Assembly (NCBI GenBank): GCA_963788195.1
Contig: CAWBGA010000014.1
Location: 13,724-77,723 of the forward strand
DNA from: Nitrospirota bacterium
GTDB taxonomy: Bacteria > Nitrospirota > Nitrospiria > Nitrospirales > NS-4
Reading direction: 5' to 3'
DNA length: 64,000 nt
Below are positions 19,660 through 29,397 of this stretch, one piece after another. The notes under the pieces were generated by a model, which searched no databases, was not told the origin of the DNA, and was given only the letters and a program-made list of their open reading frames with translations. How positions within the stretch are numbered: the first letter of the stretch is position 1; each line of letters starts with the position of its first letter. A program made the translations under genes and the position numbers.

Positions 19660-19944
19660 ATGACGCGGCCGGACGCCGAATGGATTGCGGATGCGCTCAC
19701 GAAGGCCGGCCTGAAAGCGGAGATCGTCGGATCACTCACGACCAAGAAACAATCCAGGCATGATATCGACATCACGATCCAGATCCTCGAGGACCGCGAT
19801 TACCAGACGTATTGGTATGCTTTGGAGCAGCTCGGCTTTCGCTATGACCGAACGGATGCGGCGCCATCGGGCGAGATCTGGCTCGGACGCAGCCGTGACG
19901 GCACGTCACTCGTCCTGGATATGCACCCGAGTAAGCGTCCCTGA
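19660..19944 (+). CDS. Small Pol-beta-superfamily nucleotidyltransferase-like protein
   Basis: IVGS...HDIDI motif (hG[GS]x9DxD) and a third acidic residue (VLD) near the C-terminus. Confidence 0.6.
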   Translation: MTRPDAEWIADALTKAGLKAEIVGSLTTKKQSRHDIDITIQILEDRDYQTYWYALEQLGFRYDRTDAAPSGEIWLGRSRDGTSLVLDMHPSKRP

Positions 19945-19957
19945 ACATCCAATTATT

Positions 19958-20126
19958 TGTCATCCTGAACCCTTTGGCTGTCATGCTGAACGCAGTGAAG
20001 CATCTGGTTTTGAGCTCAGGGTAAAACTCCGTGAAGGGTCTAGATTATTTGCGGAGTTTATCCTGAGCGTCGGAATTGAGATCCTTCGCTTCCCTCAGGA
20101 TGACGAGCGAAGGACTCAGAATGACA
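19958..20126. repeat. REP-like nested palindromic cluster (TGTCATCCTGA...TCAGGATGACA family)
   Basis: Nested inverted repeats; related copies at 24642-24725 and 44000-44144. Confidence 0.8.
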
Positions 20127-20165
20127 ACGAAGAGCTCAGCAATAACAAGAAGCGAGACGAGTCTG

Positions 20166-20738
20166 TCAGTTCATGATGGGGTCGGGAGGCATCGTGGCGA
20201 AGAACGTGAAGTTTCCTCCCAATGAACGCATGACATTCGACCACATCTGATGAGGATCGCGCGCAAATATGAGTTTCAGATCGGCAGGGAGAACAATCCA
20301 TGATCCGCCGGACAACTCAAATTGAAGTTGTCCAGCACCCCAACCGGCATAGCCCATGTAGACCCGGACAAGATCAGTCGGCTCTCCATCCCCCGATACT
20401 TGTTCGAGCACCGCCAGGTCTCCTCCCAAACAGACGCCATCGAAAATGGGCTGTGATTCCGGCACTGCCTTGGTGATCCGGTGCAGAATGAGCAGGTTGT
20501 CCTTCTGCACAGGCCCGCCGCTATAGACCAGCCCCGCCCTCTCGTGGAGCCCCGTTGTCTGAGGCAAGACATCCATGATGTGATGCTCGGTGCGGCGGTT
20601 GACGACGAGACCGAGTGAGCCTCCCGACCCATGTTCACAAATTAAGACCACGGTTTGGCGAAAATTGGGATCGCGCAGGTGCGGGCTCGCGACCAGGAAC
20701 GATCCCTTTGTGACCAGGCTGGATATCTCTAGTCCCAT
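20166..20738 (-). CDS. YqgE/AlgH family protein
   Basis: [28 protein letters not shown]. Confidence 0.93.
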   Translation of the reverse strand: MGLEISSLVTKGSFLVASPHLRDPNFRQTVVLICEHGSGGSLGLVVNRRTEHHIMDVLPQTTGLHERAGLVYSGGPVQKDNLLILHRITKAVPESQPIFDGVCLGGDLAVLEQVSGDGEPTDLVRVYMGYAGWGAGQLQFELSGGSWIVLPADLKLIFARDPHQMWSNVMRSLGGNFTFFATMPPDPIMN

Positions 20739-20885
20739 AGCCTCTCTATTGTAACCCAGGGGCGGCTATAGATTCAGCCTTTACCGCAAAAATCATAAGA
20801 GGGCGGTGTGCACTACCCGGGTATTGTGGGCCGTTGACGAGAAAGTGGATATGGGCGTAGTCTCAAAAAAAACCCTGACCATGTA

Positions 20886-21398
20886 TTGGAGGAGACGATG
20901 AAGTGGGTTCGCGCGGTGCCGGTACGTTTGATCGCCCCTTGCCTGATATTCTTGTACGCGTTTGCAGCCCTGGCCGCGTCAGACGACGGCGGGGTCACCG
21001 TGAAGGAAGTTAAAGTCGCTTTGGTAGAGCAAAATCTTGTGGTTCTTTTGATTGTCGACAATCGTGCCCTGGCCATCCACGTTGACCCTACTGTCGCAGC
21101 ATCTATTCACAGCGTTCTGTCACGGACTCCGACTCGGCGGCCCCTCTCGCATGATCTGATGCGCCTCATTCTGCTGGAGCTCGATGCGAAGGTCACCCGC
21201 GCAGTCATCACGCTCAAAGATAAGACCTACCACGCGGACCTTACCATCATGATGGGTGACCGCGCCTTTATCTTTGATGGTCGGTCCTCCGACGCCATCG
21301 CCCTGGCAATTTTGTTCAAGGCACCGATCATCGTGGCACAGGGCACCTGGGATTTTGCGAGCAGGGCCTGGGAGGAGCCCCTAGGAGAAACGTCATGA
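20886..21398 (+). CDS. Bifunctional nuclease (DUF151) family protein with N-terminal signal/TM segment
   Basis: RPLSHDL, DGRSSDAIALA motifs. Confidence 0.85.
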   Translation: MEETMKWVRAVPVRLIAPCLIFLYAFAALAASDDGGVTVKEVKVALVEQNLVVLLIVDNRALAIHVDPTVAASIHSVLSRTPTRRPLSHDLMRLILLELDAKVTRAVITLKDKTYHADLTIMMGDRAFIFDGRSSDAIALAILFKAPIIVAQGTWDFASRAWEEPLGETS

Positions 21399-22024
21399 TC
21401 TTCCGTTCATTCCCCGTGCCGCCGCTGGAATGCAATTGCTCCATCTTAGGAGATCCCGTCTCCAAGAAGGCGATCGTGGTTGATCCGGGCGGAGACCATG
21501 AGGGCATTCTCGCCGCTCTCCGGGAACTGGATCTGACCGTGGCTCTGATCATTCATACTCATGCTCACTTCGATCATTTTTTAGCATCCGGCAATATGCA
21601 CAAGGCGACCGGAGCGCCACTGTGTTTGCACAAAGCCGACGAGTCCCTCTGGGAAAATTTGGAATTGCAATGCCAGCACTTCGGGGTGCCCTATACGCCG
21701 GTCCCTCCTCCGAATCAGTGGATCAGCGATGGTGAAAAGTTGTTGGGGGGCAACCTGGCCGTGAACGCGATACACACGCCCGGTCATACCCCGGGTTCGA
21801 TGTGCTTTCACCTCGAATCCACAAAACTCCTCATCGCGGGTGATACCCTCTTCCGCGGGAGCATTGGTCGGACCGATTTATGGGGAGGGGACCCGCAAGC
21901 CATCGAACGATCCATCAAGCAGCGGATCTACTCGTTGGATGAAGCCACGCGGGTGATCACGGGGCACGGCCCGGAGACCACCATTGGGTTTGAGATCAGA
22001 AACAACGCGTTTGTTCGAGGATAG
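21395..22024 (+). CDS. MBL-fold metallo-hydrolase (glyoxalase II-like)
   Basis: THAHFDH, TPGHTPG, GDTLFRGSIGRTD, GHG. Confidence 0.92.
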   Translation: MIFRSFPVPPLECNCSILGDPVSKKAIVVDPGGDHEGILAALRELDLTVALIIHTHAHFDHFLASGNMHKATGAPLCLHKADESLWENLELQCQHFGVPYTPVPPPNQWISDGEKLLGGNLAVNAIHTPGHTPGSMCFHLESTKLLIAGDTLFRGSIGRTDLWGGDPQAIERSIKQRIYSLDEATRVITGHGPETTIGFEIRNNAFVRG

Positions 22025-22030
22025 ACCTCT

Positions 22031-23185
22031 CTAGGACTTACCCTTCTCAACGGTAAAACCCAGCCCTGTCAACGTTTGCTGATGAGCGCAGGACGCCCCC
22101 GAGAGCACAACCTTCATATTGTGAAATTCCCACCGGGGAGGATAGTTCGCCCGCAACCGGTCAAAGGCCTGGCCCCGTTCCCCCAAGGACACAGTTGTGA
22201 TGGTTCTAAATGTCTCATCGTCCCGGCGAATGTCATACGCGCGCTTCACAAGACCCCGTACCACTTCCAGAAGGGGCCTGTCGGCCTCGATAACGACGCG
22301 CTGGCCTCCCTCAACAGCCGTTTCTGAAGGCCGCCACTGCAGAGCGCGCTGGAAGTGCGTGCAAGCAGCCTCGTAGAGCATCTGGGTGCCCTTGATCTTG
22401 CCGTCGAGAGAATAGCCAGCGATGTGCGGAGTTCCCAATGCAACGGCGTGGATCAACGCCGGGTCCGGCGAAGGCTCCCCTTCCCACACATCAAGCACAG
22501 CCCCGCCCAGGCGCTCATTATTTAGCGCGTCAAGCAATGCCGTGTTGTCCACAACAGGCCCTCGCGCTGTATTAATGAGGATCGCCGCCGAGCCGAGCAT
22601 CCGGAGCGTGCGTTGGTTCAACAGATGATACGTCGCATCTAAGCCTTCTGTAGTCAACGGGACATGGCAAGTCACCATGTCGCTTTCTCTTAAGACTCTC
22701 TCCAACGCCACAACTCCTGTCCGGCCGGCGCGCTCCAGCGGGGGATCATTGGCGAGGGTTTTTATTCCCAGCGCTTCAGCTTTCGCTTTAACCAGGCTTC
22801 CGATGCGACCGAGACCGATGATGCCGAGCGTACGCCCAGCCAACGAATCGGACCGAAGGGCGAGTATCGCGGCGATAACATATTCGGCGACTGAGTTGGC
22901 GTTGGACCCCGGGGCGTAGGCAAAGCCGATTCCCTGTTCTTGCAAGTACGCGAGATCCACGTGATCCAGTCCAATAGTGGCACTGCCGACGAATCGAACC
23001 CGGCTTTCTTTGATCAGACCGGCATCTACCGGCGTCACCGATCGGACTATTAGCAAATCCGCGTCCCGAAGATGCGACGCAGTGATCTCGCGGCCGGCAA
23101 TCAGCTTGACCTCGCCTAGCTTGCTGAAGGCGTCCTTCACATACGGAATATTCTCGTCGGCTACAATCTGCACGGCCCTAGCCAT
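22031..23185 (-). CDS. pdxB: 4-phosphoerythronate dehydrogenase
   Basis: IVADENIP, SATIGLDH, APGSNANSVAEY, LDVWEGEP, TPHIAGYSLDGK. Confidence 0.92.
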   Translation of the reverse strand: MARAVQIVADENIPYVKDAFSKLGEVKLIAGREITASHLRDADLLIVRSVTPVDAGLIKESRVRFVGSATIGLDHVDLAYLQEQGIGFAYAPGSNANSVAEYVIAAILALRSDSLAGRTLGIIGLGRIGSLVKAKAEALGIKTLANDPPLERAGRTGVVALERVLRESDMVTCHVPLTTEGLDATYHLLNQRTLRMLGSAAILINTARGPVVDNTALLDALNNERLGGAVLDVWEGEPSPDPALIHAVALGTPHIAGYSLDGKIKGTQMLYEAACTHFQRALQWRPSETAVEGGQRVVIEADRPLLEVVRGLVKRAYDIRRDDETFRTITTVSLGERGQAFDRLRANYPPRWEFHNMKVVLSGASCAHQQTLTGLGFTVEKGKS

Positions 23186-23235
23186 TCCACAACCTGCGCA
23201 GCCCCCTCGGTCCTTGCTTCGCGGCAGATCAGGAT

Positions 23236-23251
23236 CAATCGACTCTGACCC
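23236..23251. repeat. Solo half of the GGGGTCAGAGTCGATT element (reverse orientation)
   Basis: AATCGACTCTGACCC matches the right inverted repeat at 42059-42078. Confidence 0.55.
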
Positions 23252-23277
23252 GGATTATTTGTTATTGTACTGGGCCC

Positions 23278-24139
23278 ATGTCGATCATCGATGCAAAGAC
23301 CCACCTGTGCGCCCTCATTGGGGATCCGGTGGAGCACTCCCTATCGCCCGCAATACATAACGCTGCCTTTCAGCATGTCGGATTGAATTATGTCTATCTT
23401 GCCTTCAAAGTCCAGGATGTCGAGGGCGCAATACGTGGCATTCGGGCGTTGACCAGCATCCGGGGTATCAGCGTGACAATCCCGCACAAAGTTGCGGTCC
23501 TTCCGTATCTCGATTCGGTGGCTCCCACTGCTCGGAATATCGGCGCCGTCAATACGATCGTTGCCGGTGACGGGATTCTTACCGGATATAATACCGATGC
23601 CTCCGGCGCTCTCCAAGCGCTCCGGGCGGCTGAAGGCCTTCCTGACGGGGGGCGATTCCTGTTGTTGGGGTCAGGCGGCGCCGCGCGGGCCATCGCCTTC
23701 GGCCTCTGTATGGAAGCAAAGATCTCTTCACTGACGATTCTGGCAGTCATCGACGAGGAGCGCCAGGCGCTCGTCCGAGACCTTCGGGACAAAACAGGAG
23801 CCACAATCAATGAAGCACAACTGACTGCCGACACTCTGAAGCGCCATATCCCCGAGAATCAAGTCTTGATTCACGGCACGCCGGTGGGGATGAGCCCAAA
23901 GGTGGAGGAAAGCTGTGTTCCGAAGCATCTTCTAAGGCCCCTCTCTAATTGTGATGGATATCGTCTACAATCCGTTCGAGACGAGATTGTTGGCAGAAGC
24001 TCGTCAAGCGGGTTGTCGCATTATCCATGGGATGGAGATGTTTCTGCACCAGGCGATCGGACAATTTGAGCTCTGGACAAAACATCCGGCGCCCGTGGAA
24101 GTGATGCGCCGCGTCTTGGAGCATGAGAGGGTTAAATGA
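23278..24139 (+). CDS. aroE: Shikimate dehydrogenase; frameshifted near 23940
   Basis: HSLSPAIHN, VTIPHK, GAVNT, GYNTD; C-terminal MDIVYNP...GMEMFLHQA in the second frame; extra C in a C-run. Confidence 0.92.
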
Positions 24140-24636
24140 ATATTGTATTGATCGGATATCGTGGAACCGGCAAGAGCAGGGTTGCCGGTCGGCTAGCCGA
24201 ATTATCAAAGTGGCCCGTGGTGTCGACCGATGCTGAAATTGTCAGGAAGGCCGGGATGCCGGTTGCGGATATTATCAGGAAGCGAAGCTGGGATTATTTT
24301 CGCGATGTCGAATCAGAGATCTGCAAACAGGCGGGGAAAAAAGATCGCACGATAATTGATACCGGCGGCGGTGCGGTCTTGCGTAAAGAAAATGTAGAAG
24401 CGCTCCGACAGCGCGGGCGCATCTTTTGGCTCACCGCCGAAGTCAGCACCATCATGGAACGGATCAAGGCCAGTAACGAGCGGCCTTCGTTGACCGGCAA
24501 GAAAAGCTATGTGGAAGAGGTCGAAGAAGTGCTGAATGAGCGGCTTCCCCTGTACAAGGCCGCGGCTGATCACATCATTCCAACCGACGGGCGCACGATC
24601 GATGAGATTGCAAACGAGGTCAGACAGTTGATGTAG
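24136..24636 (+). CDS. aroK: Shikimate kinase
   Basis: LIGYRGTGKS, DTGGGAV, RPSL, ERLPLY. Confidence 0.93.
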   Translation: MNIVLIGYRGTGKSRVAGRLAELSKWPVVSTDAEIVRKAGMPVADIIRKRSWDYFRDVESEICKQAGKKDRTIIDTGGGAVLRKENVEALRQRGRIFWLTAEVSTIMERIKASNERPSLTGKKSYVEEVEEVLNERLPLYKAAADHIIPTDGRTIDEIANEVRQLM

Positions 24637-24641
24637 AAGAC

Positions 24642-24725
24642 AGACCCTTCGCGGAGTTTATCTTGAGCGACGAATTGAGATCCTTCACTTCGTTCAGGAT
24701 GACTAGCGAAGGACTCAGGGTGACA
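24642..24725. repeat. REP-like element (TCAGGATGAC family)
   Basis: Matches the right half of the 19958-20126 cluster. Confidence 0.75.
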
Positions 24726-24768
24726 GGCTCCGACAGAGTGATACGCTTTTCAGTTTGACAGGCTTAAT

Positions 24769-25311
24769 TTATGTGGCCGGAGCGATCTTAAAGCGAAGGG
24801 TTCCCAGTTGGCTCGCCTCAGTCACCTCCTCGCCTAGGTGAATTTTCACTTTATAGCTGCCCGGGATCCAGCCCCCTTCAGGCCGGCCTAATTCCAGAAA
24901 GCCACTATCCTGAGAGGTGGTGAGGTAGACCCCCCGGTCATAGAGGAGTTTGTCGTTAGCCCGGCCGTCCCCTTTTTCCAAATACAACTGCCCGATAATG
25001 TGCACGGGATTTTCCCGCGGGAGCAGATCGAAGACCATATAGATCGTGTCCACATCGGGCGTAAACGTGGATGCCGGCTTTTCCGGCTTATACCGATCTG
25101 TTCCGAAGACGTCTTTGACGTCCTGCACGCCGTGGGCGAAGGTGAGCTTTGTGAAGAACCCAATGGGCGGTCTTTCCACAGCATTTTCATCATCGGCCGC
25201 CATCGCTATTATGGGCAATGCTATGGCTAAGGCAATCCCGACGAACATGTACAGGAGTCCCGAAGGATTCAATTTGCGTCTTCGAAGCAAGCTAAGGATT
25301 TGCAAAGACAT
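24769..25311 (-). CDS. Hypothetical exported protein (Ig-like C-terminus)
   Basis: Hydrophobic N-terminal segment; GWIPGSYKVKIHLG beta-sandwich-like motif. Confidence 0.65.
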   Translation of the reverse strand: MSLQILSLLRRRKLNPSGLLYMFVGIALAIALPIIAMAADDENAVERPPIGFFTKLTFAHGVQDVKDVFGTDRYKPEKPASTFTPDVDTIYMVFDLLPRENPVHIIGQLYLEKGDGRANDKLLYDRGVYLTTSQDSGFLELGRPEGGWIPGSYKVKIHLGEEVTEASQLGTLRFKIAPAT

Positions 25312-25343
25312 GGTTTTAGCCTAACGAAAATAACGTTGCTCAA

Positions 25344-25486
25344 TCACGGCTTCGTATTGATTGTAGCATGACGGAGCCGGAGGTTTTCCACTTCGGTGTC
25401 GCTCAGTTCACGCCACTGCCCTGGCTGAAGGTTGCCGAGGGTAATCGGTCCAATGGCCACCCGAATCAGCCGCAGCGTGGGGTGCC
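25344..25486 (-). pseudogene. Displaced duplicate of the rluE 3' end
   Basis: Encodes HPTLRLIRVAIGPITLGNLQPGQWRELSDTEVENLRLRHATINTKP*; 9 mismatches in 116 bp versus 26670-26785. Confidence 0.9.
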
Positions 25487-25773
25487 TTAATCTTCACTAC
25501 CCCTGAGGTATATATACGCCAGGTGAGCTCGGATCTATTTGAAACCGATAACCGCTATGTGGTCGCGCGGTAACGCAATCTTTTTGGTGCGCGAAAATCC
25601 TGCCTCTTTAAGCCAACCCTCATATTCCTTAGCGGCGCCGGCAGTCATCGTCTATGTTCAAGACCACCCATTGTCAAAACACACTTAAGTGAATACAATG
25701 TACTTCGGAACGCATTGATTTTCAACTTCTTTACTCTGCGATAAAGCTGGATCTTCGAGGGACTCGTTATAGT

Positions 25774-26658
25774 ATGGTTTTCACAAAATTCAAGTTGCTC
25801 GCTCAGATCCTGCGAGCAGTGATCATCGCAGCTCGGGAAAAATTCACGCGGCTGGCCTTCGAGAGAGTGCCGGAACCGTCACTGGTCATGAATGAGGTCA
25901 GCAATGTTGAAGCCTATCATCAGGCGGGCTTTGCTGAAGGAGGAATGCTGCCAGCCTACCACTTTAATGCACTGGCTATCAGTGCATTGACGCCACTGGG
26001 CGCAACGGTTTTGGATTTGGGTTCAGGCTCAGCTCAAATGATCTGTTACTTAGCGAGACTGCGGCCAGATATTAAAATCTATGGATTGGATCTCTCCGAC
26101 GCCATGATAGATCAGGGGCTAAAACTAATTGCAGAGTTGAGTTTACAAAACCGAGTGTGGCTTCAGAAGGGCGATATGACTCAATTTGCCGATCATTTTA
26201 GACCCGATGTTGAGACCATTTCATCCGTTTTTGCTCTCCATCATCTGCCTGACCGCAGAGCCTTAAACACGTGCATGCAAGAAGTTTTAACCATGCAGAA
26301 AAAGCATAACTGCTCCGTTTGGCTTTTTGATCTCAACCGACCAAGAAACTTACGTACCGCTTTGGAATATCCAAACGTGTTCCTGCCAAAAGCAACCATC
26401 GAGCTACAGGAAGACACGATAAACTCCCTGATCGCAGCGTTTTCTATCGCCGAGATGAGTGAGGCGCTTGTGTCATCAGAAGGTTTTTGTCACTCGCATT
26501 CGCGCTTGCTCGAGCTCTATCAGATCCATTGGAAACAAACAGCGTTCTTTGATAACAAACAGTTGTTTGTTCAGAATACTTTATCTGCCAGTGAGCTTAA
26601 CCAGTTCAAAGCCTTGAATTTGATTTTCCCGAGGATTTTAAAGAATTTGACGCCTTAG
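25774..26658 (+). CDS. Class I SAM-dependent methyltransferase (AT-rich, probably acquired)
   Basis: RVPEPSLVM, VLDLGSGSA, GLDLSDAM, FALHHLPD, DLNRP. Confidence 0.9.
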   Translation: MVFTKFKLLAQILRAVIIAAREKFTRLAFERVPEPSLVMNEVSNVEAYHQAGFAEGGMLPAYHFNALAISALTPLGATVLDLGSGSAQMICYLARLRPDIKIYGLDLSDAMIDQGLKLIAELSLQNRVWLQKGDMTQFADHFRPDVETISSVFALHHLPDRRALNTCMQEVLTMQKKHNCSVWLFDLNRPRNLRTALEYPNVFLPKATIELQEDTINSLIAAFSIAEMSEALVSSEGFCHSHSRLLELYQIHWKQTAFFDNKQLFVQNTLSASELNQFKALNLIFPRILKNLTP

Positions 26659-27244
26659 GAAAGGGGAACTGACGGAACCGGAGGTTTTCCACTTCGGTGT
26701 CGCTTAGCTCACGCCACTGCCCCGGCTGAAGGTTGCCGAGAGTGATCGCTCCGATGGCCACCCGAATCAGCCGCAGCGCGGGGTGGCCCACCGCAGCAGT
26801 CATGCGGCGGATCTGCCGGTTTACACCTTCCTCAACGGTCACGCTGACCCAGGCAGTGGGAACCGATTTTCGGTAACGGATAGGAACAGGGCGCGGAAAA
26901 ACTGGCGGAGGATCAGCAAGAAGAGTAACCTCCGCCGGTCGGGTCCGGCGGCCGCTGATCAGCACGCCTTTCTGGAGCCGACGCAGGGCGTCGCTCTCGG
27001 GGATTCGCTCAACCTGCACCCAATAGACCTTGGGAAGCTTGTGCGTCGGACTCATGATCCGGTGAGCCAATTTTCCGTCCGATGTCAGCAGTAAGAGGCC
27101 CTCGCTGTCGAAGTCCAATCGACCGGCCGCATACACGTCTGGGATGGAAATATAGCTGGCCAGTGTCGAGCGGCCCTGAGAATCGGTAAAGCATGACAGG
27201 ACCCCGTAAGGCTTGTGAAAAGCCAACGTCCGTAAAGGCCTCAC
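26606..27244 (-). CDS. rluE: 23S rRNA pseudouridine synthase (RluE/RsuA family)
   Basis: FHKPYGVL, AGRLDFDSEGLLLLT, EGVNRQIRRMTAAVGHP; GTG start overlaps the dedA stop. Confidence 0.88.
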   Translation of the reverse strand: MRPLRTLAFHKPYGVLSCFTDSQGRSTLASYISIPDVYAAGRLDFDSEGLLLLTSDGKLAHRIMSPTHKLPKVYWVQVERIPESDALRRLQKGVLISGRRTRPAEVTLLADPPPVFPRPVPIRYRKSVPTAWVSVTVEEGVNRQIRRMTAAVGHPALRLIRVAIGAITLGNLQPGQWRELSDTEVENLRFRQFPFPKASNSLKSSGKSNSRL

Positions 27245-27879
27245 TTGGCAGGTTGAGCAGGGATCGTCAACCGCATCACAAGAACATAAAGCGCGCAAAT
27301 GCCGATCGCAAATCCGCCAATCCAGTAGGAGCGCTCTTTGAGCACCTGCAGGAGGCGTTCCGGATCTTGCATTAGATCAGGGTGATCTCCTAGAAGTGAG
27401 GCTCCGAACCAGGCCAACACTGCGCACCATAAGCCCGAGCCAATGAGCGTCATAGCGCTGTACACGCCGAAGGGCATACGGACGATGCCGGCTGGAATTC
27501 CAATCAGATGCCGGATGACCGGCACAAGTCGCGCGAAGAAGACCCCGCCCGCTTCATAGCGAGCAAGCCATCGTTCGGCGCGCAGCAGCTTTCCTTCAGG
27601 AACGAGGATGTACCGCCCCCAACGAAGTAGCAACGGGCGCCCAACCCATCTGGCCACCCAGTAGCTGATTGACGCGCCCAGATAACTTCCGGCCGTACCG
27701 GCGAGCACGACTCCACCCATGCTGTAGCGTCCCTGCGTAGCCCAGTATGCTGCCGGGGGGATTACGATTTCGCTCGGAATAGGCACAACCGTGCTCTCCA
27801 AAGCCATGAGGAGCACAATACCGGGATAGCCCCAGTCGTGCACCCATTGAAACCACACCGCGATCCAGTCATGCATCAT
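27241..27879 (-). CDS. DedA-family membrane protein
   Basis: MALESTVVPIPSE, FFARLVPVIRHLIGIPAG. Confidence 0.93.
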   Translation of the reverse strand: MMHDWIAVWFQWVHDWGYPGIVLLMALESTVVPIPSEIVIPPAAYWATQGRYSMGGVVLAGTAGSYLGASISYWVARWVGRPLLLRWGRYILVPEGKLLRAERWLARYEAGGVFFARLVPVIRHLIGIPAGIVRMPFGVYSAMTLIGSGLWCAVLAWFGASLLGDHPDLMQDPERLLQVLKERSYWIGGFAIGICALYVLVMRLTIPAQPAK

Positions 27880-27990
27880 TTCCTCGTTCTCACCCTTCCA
27901 CGGAGGTGACGACTCTCTAAGGTACTATACTGCCATAAAAGGGCTTATCTGATTGATGCTGCCGACGAACAAGCGGATAATTCCGGATCG

Positions 27991-29364
27991 ATGGGAAAAA
28001 TGATTCCGCTCGTTATGACGGTAGCGATGCTGCTTGCTTTAGCATTCGGCGTCATGCTCTTTCAACATATAAAAGGCCGCTATCTCTCCACCGCCGGAGA
28101 AAGTTTGCAGCTCCTCGCCCAGGAGATGACAGATAAAGTAGACCTGATGGTCTTTGATCGTTACGGTGATATCCAGGTACTCGCGCGGTTGTTGCAATCT
28201 CTTCGGATCGAAGACATGGCGGGCCTCCTGGACTCGGTGAAATCCGTCGACCCCTTATATTCTGGGATCGCCGTGACGGATGCGACCGGGCGTGTCGTAG
28301 CAGCAACAGATCAGACCATCGTCGGTGAGGACCGCGGCCATACAAAGTCATTCGAAGCCATCCGTAAGCGCGGCGGCATCTATGTTGATGATGTCCAGCA
28401 TGAGCGCGCTGAGGGAGCGGCGACCATCGACTTTAGCACGCGCCTCGTCGGCCCCGAAGGAAACTTTCGCGGCATCGTGACAATGCAAATTCCGTTGCAG
28501 CCTTTAACGAAGGTCTTGGAGCGAACGGCGAAGGCTTTTCAAAGACAACTCGTGTTGGGGCCGATCGAGTACCAGCTCCTGGCTCAAAGCGGAGAGGTGC
28601 TCTTTTATTCAGGTCCGCCATCGAAAAACAGAATCAACGCGAGGGAACTTGGTGTCCCCTCAGTACTGCTGAGCGCCTCCGGACAGTCCGGATACGTCGA
28701 GGAACAGAGTGTCTCGAGACATGCCCAGGTGCTGACTGCGTACGCTCGAACGCGCAGTCATGACGAATTTCCCACCCACCAATGGACCATTCTGGCGCGA
28801 GCGGACCGAAGCGTTGTCCTGGCCCCTCTTTCCACCCTCGCCTGGCAGATGGCCCTGACTGGCGCCATCGTGCTCGTGTCAGCGGGCATCCTTCTTACCG
28901 CGATGGCGCGACTGCGGCGCGAGAGCGTAAAGGCGGACGAAAGAAATGACTGGCTCGCAGCGCTTCTTCGCAGTCTCGGGCAGGGAGTCATTGCCGTCGA
29001 CACTAACGGGAGCGTCTCCTTCATGAATGCGATGGCAGAATCTTCGACCGGGTGGAAAGGATCTCAGGCAAAGGGACGGCGCCTGAAGGAGATTTTTTCA
29101 CTCCTGGATGAGTCCACGCGACAACCTCTGCAGGATCCGATCGGCAGAGTGTTGCACGAAGGGCGGGCCATCATGCTGGGAGGGCCTGCGCTCTTGATTG
29201 CCAAGAACGGCATGGAAAAGACTATTCTTCATGTCGGAGCGCCGATCAGACATACCGACGGTACAGTCCTTGGCATTGCATTAATTTTTCGCGAGGTCGT
29301 CACAGGCCGTCAGGCTCTAGAAGAACAGCCCGAAGAGAAGGTTGAGAGCCTTCTTCAACCTTGA
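27991..29364 (+). CDS. Membrane sensor (TM-dCache-TM-PAS) without an output domain
   Basis: Two TM segments around a Cache-like region; C-terminal PAS (GVIAVDTNGSVSFMN...APIRHTDGTVLG). Confidence 0.75.
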   Translation: MGKMIPLVMTVAMLLALAFGVMLFQHIKGRYLSTAGESLQLLAQEMTDKVDLMVFDRYGDIQVLARLLQSLRIEDMAGLLDSVKSVDPLYSGIAVTDATGRVVAATDQTIVGEDRGHTKSFEAIRKRGGIYVDDVQHERAEGAATIDFSTRLVGPEGNFRGIVTMQIPLQPLTKVLERTAKAFQRQLVLGPIEYQLLAQSGEVLFYSGPPSKNRINARELGVPSVLLSASGQSGYVEEQSVSRHAQVLTAYARTRSHDEFPTHQWTILARADRSVVLAPLSTLAWQMALTGAIVLVSAGILLTAMARLRRESVKADERNDWLAALLRSLGQGVIAVDTNGSVSFMNAMAESSTGWKGSQAKGRRLKEIFSLLDESTRQPLQDPIGRVLHEGRAIMLGGPALLIAKNGMEKTILHVGAPIRHTDGTVLGIALIFREVVTGRQALEEQPEEKVESLLQP

Positions 29365-29397
29365 CCGCGTCTATCCTTGCCGCTATGCTCTCCCGCG

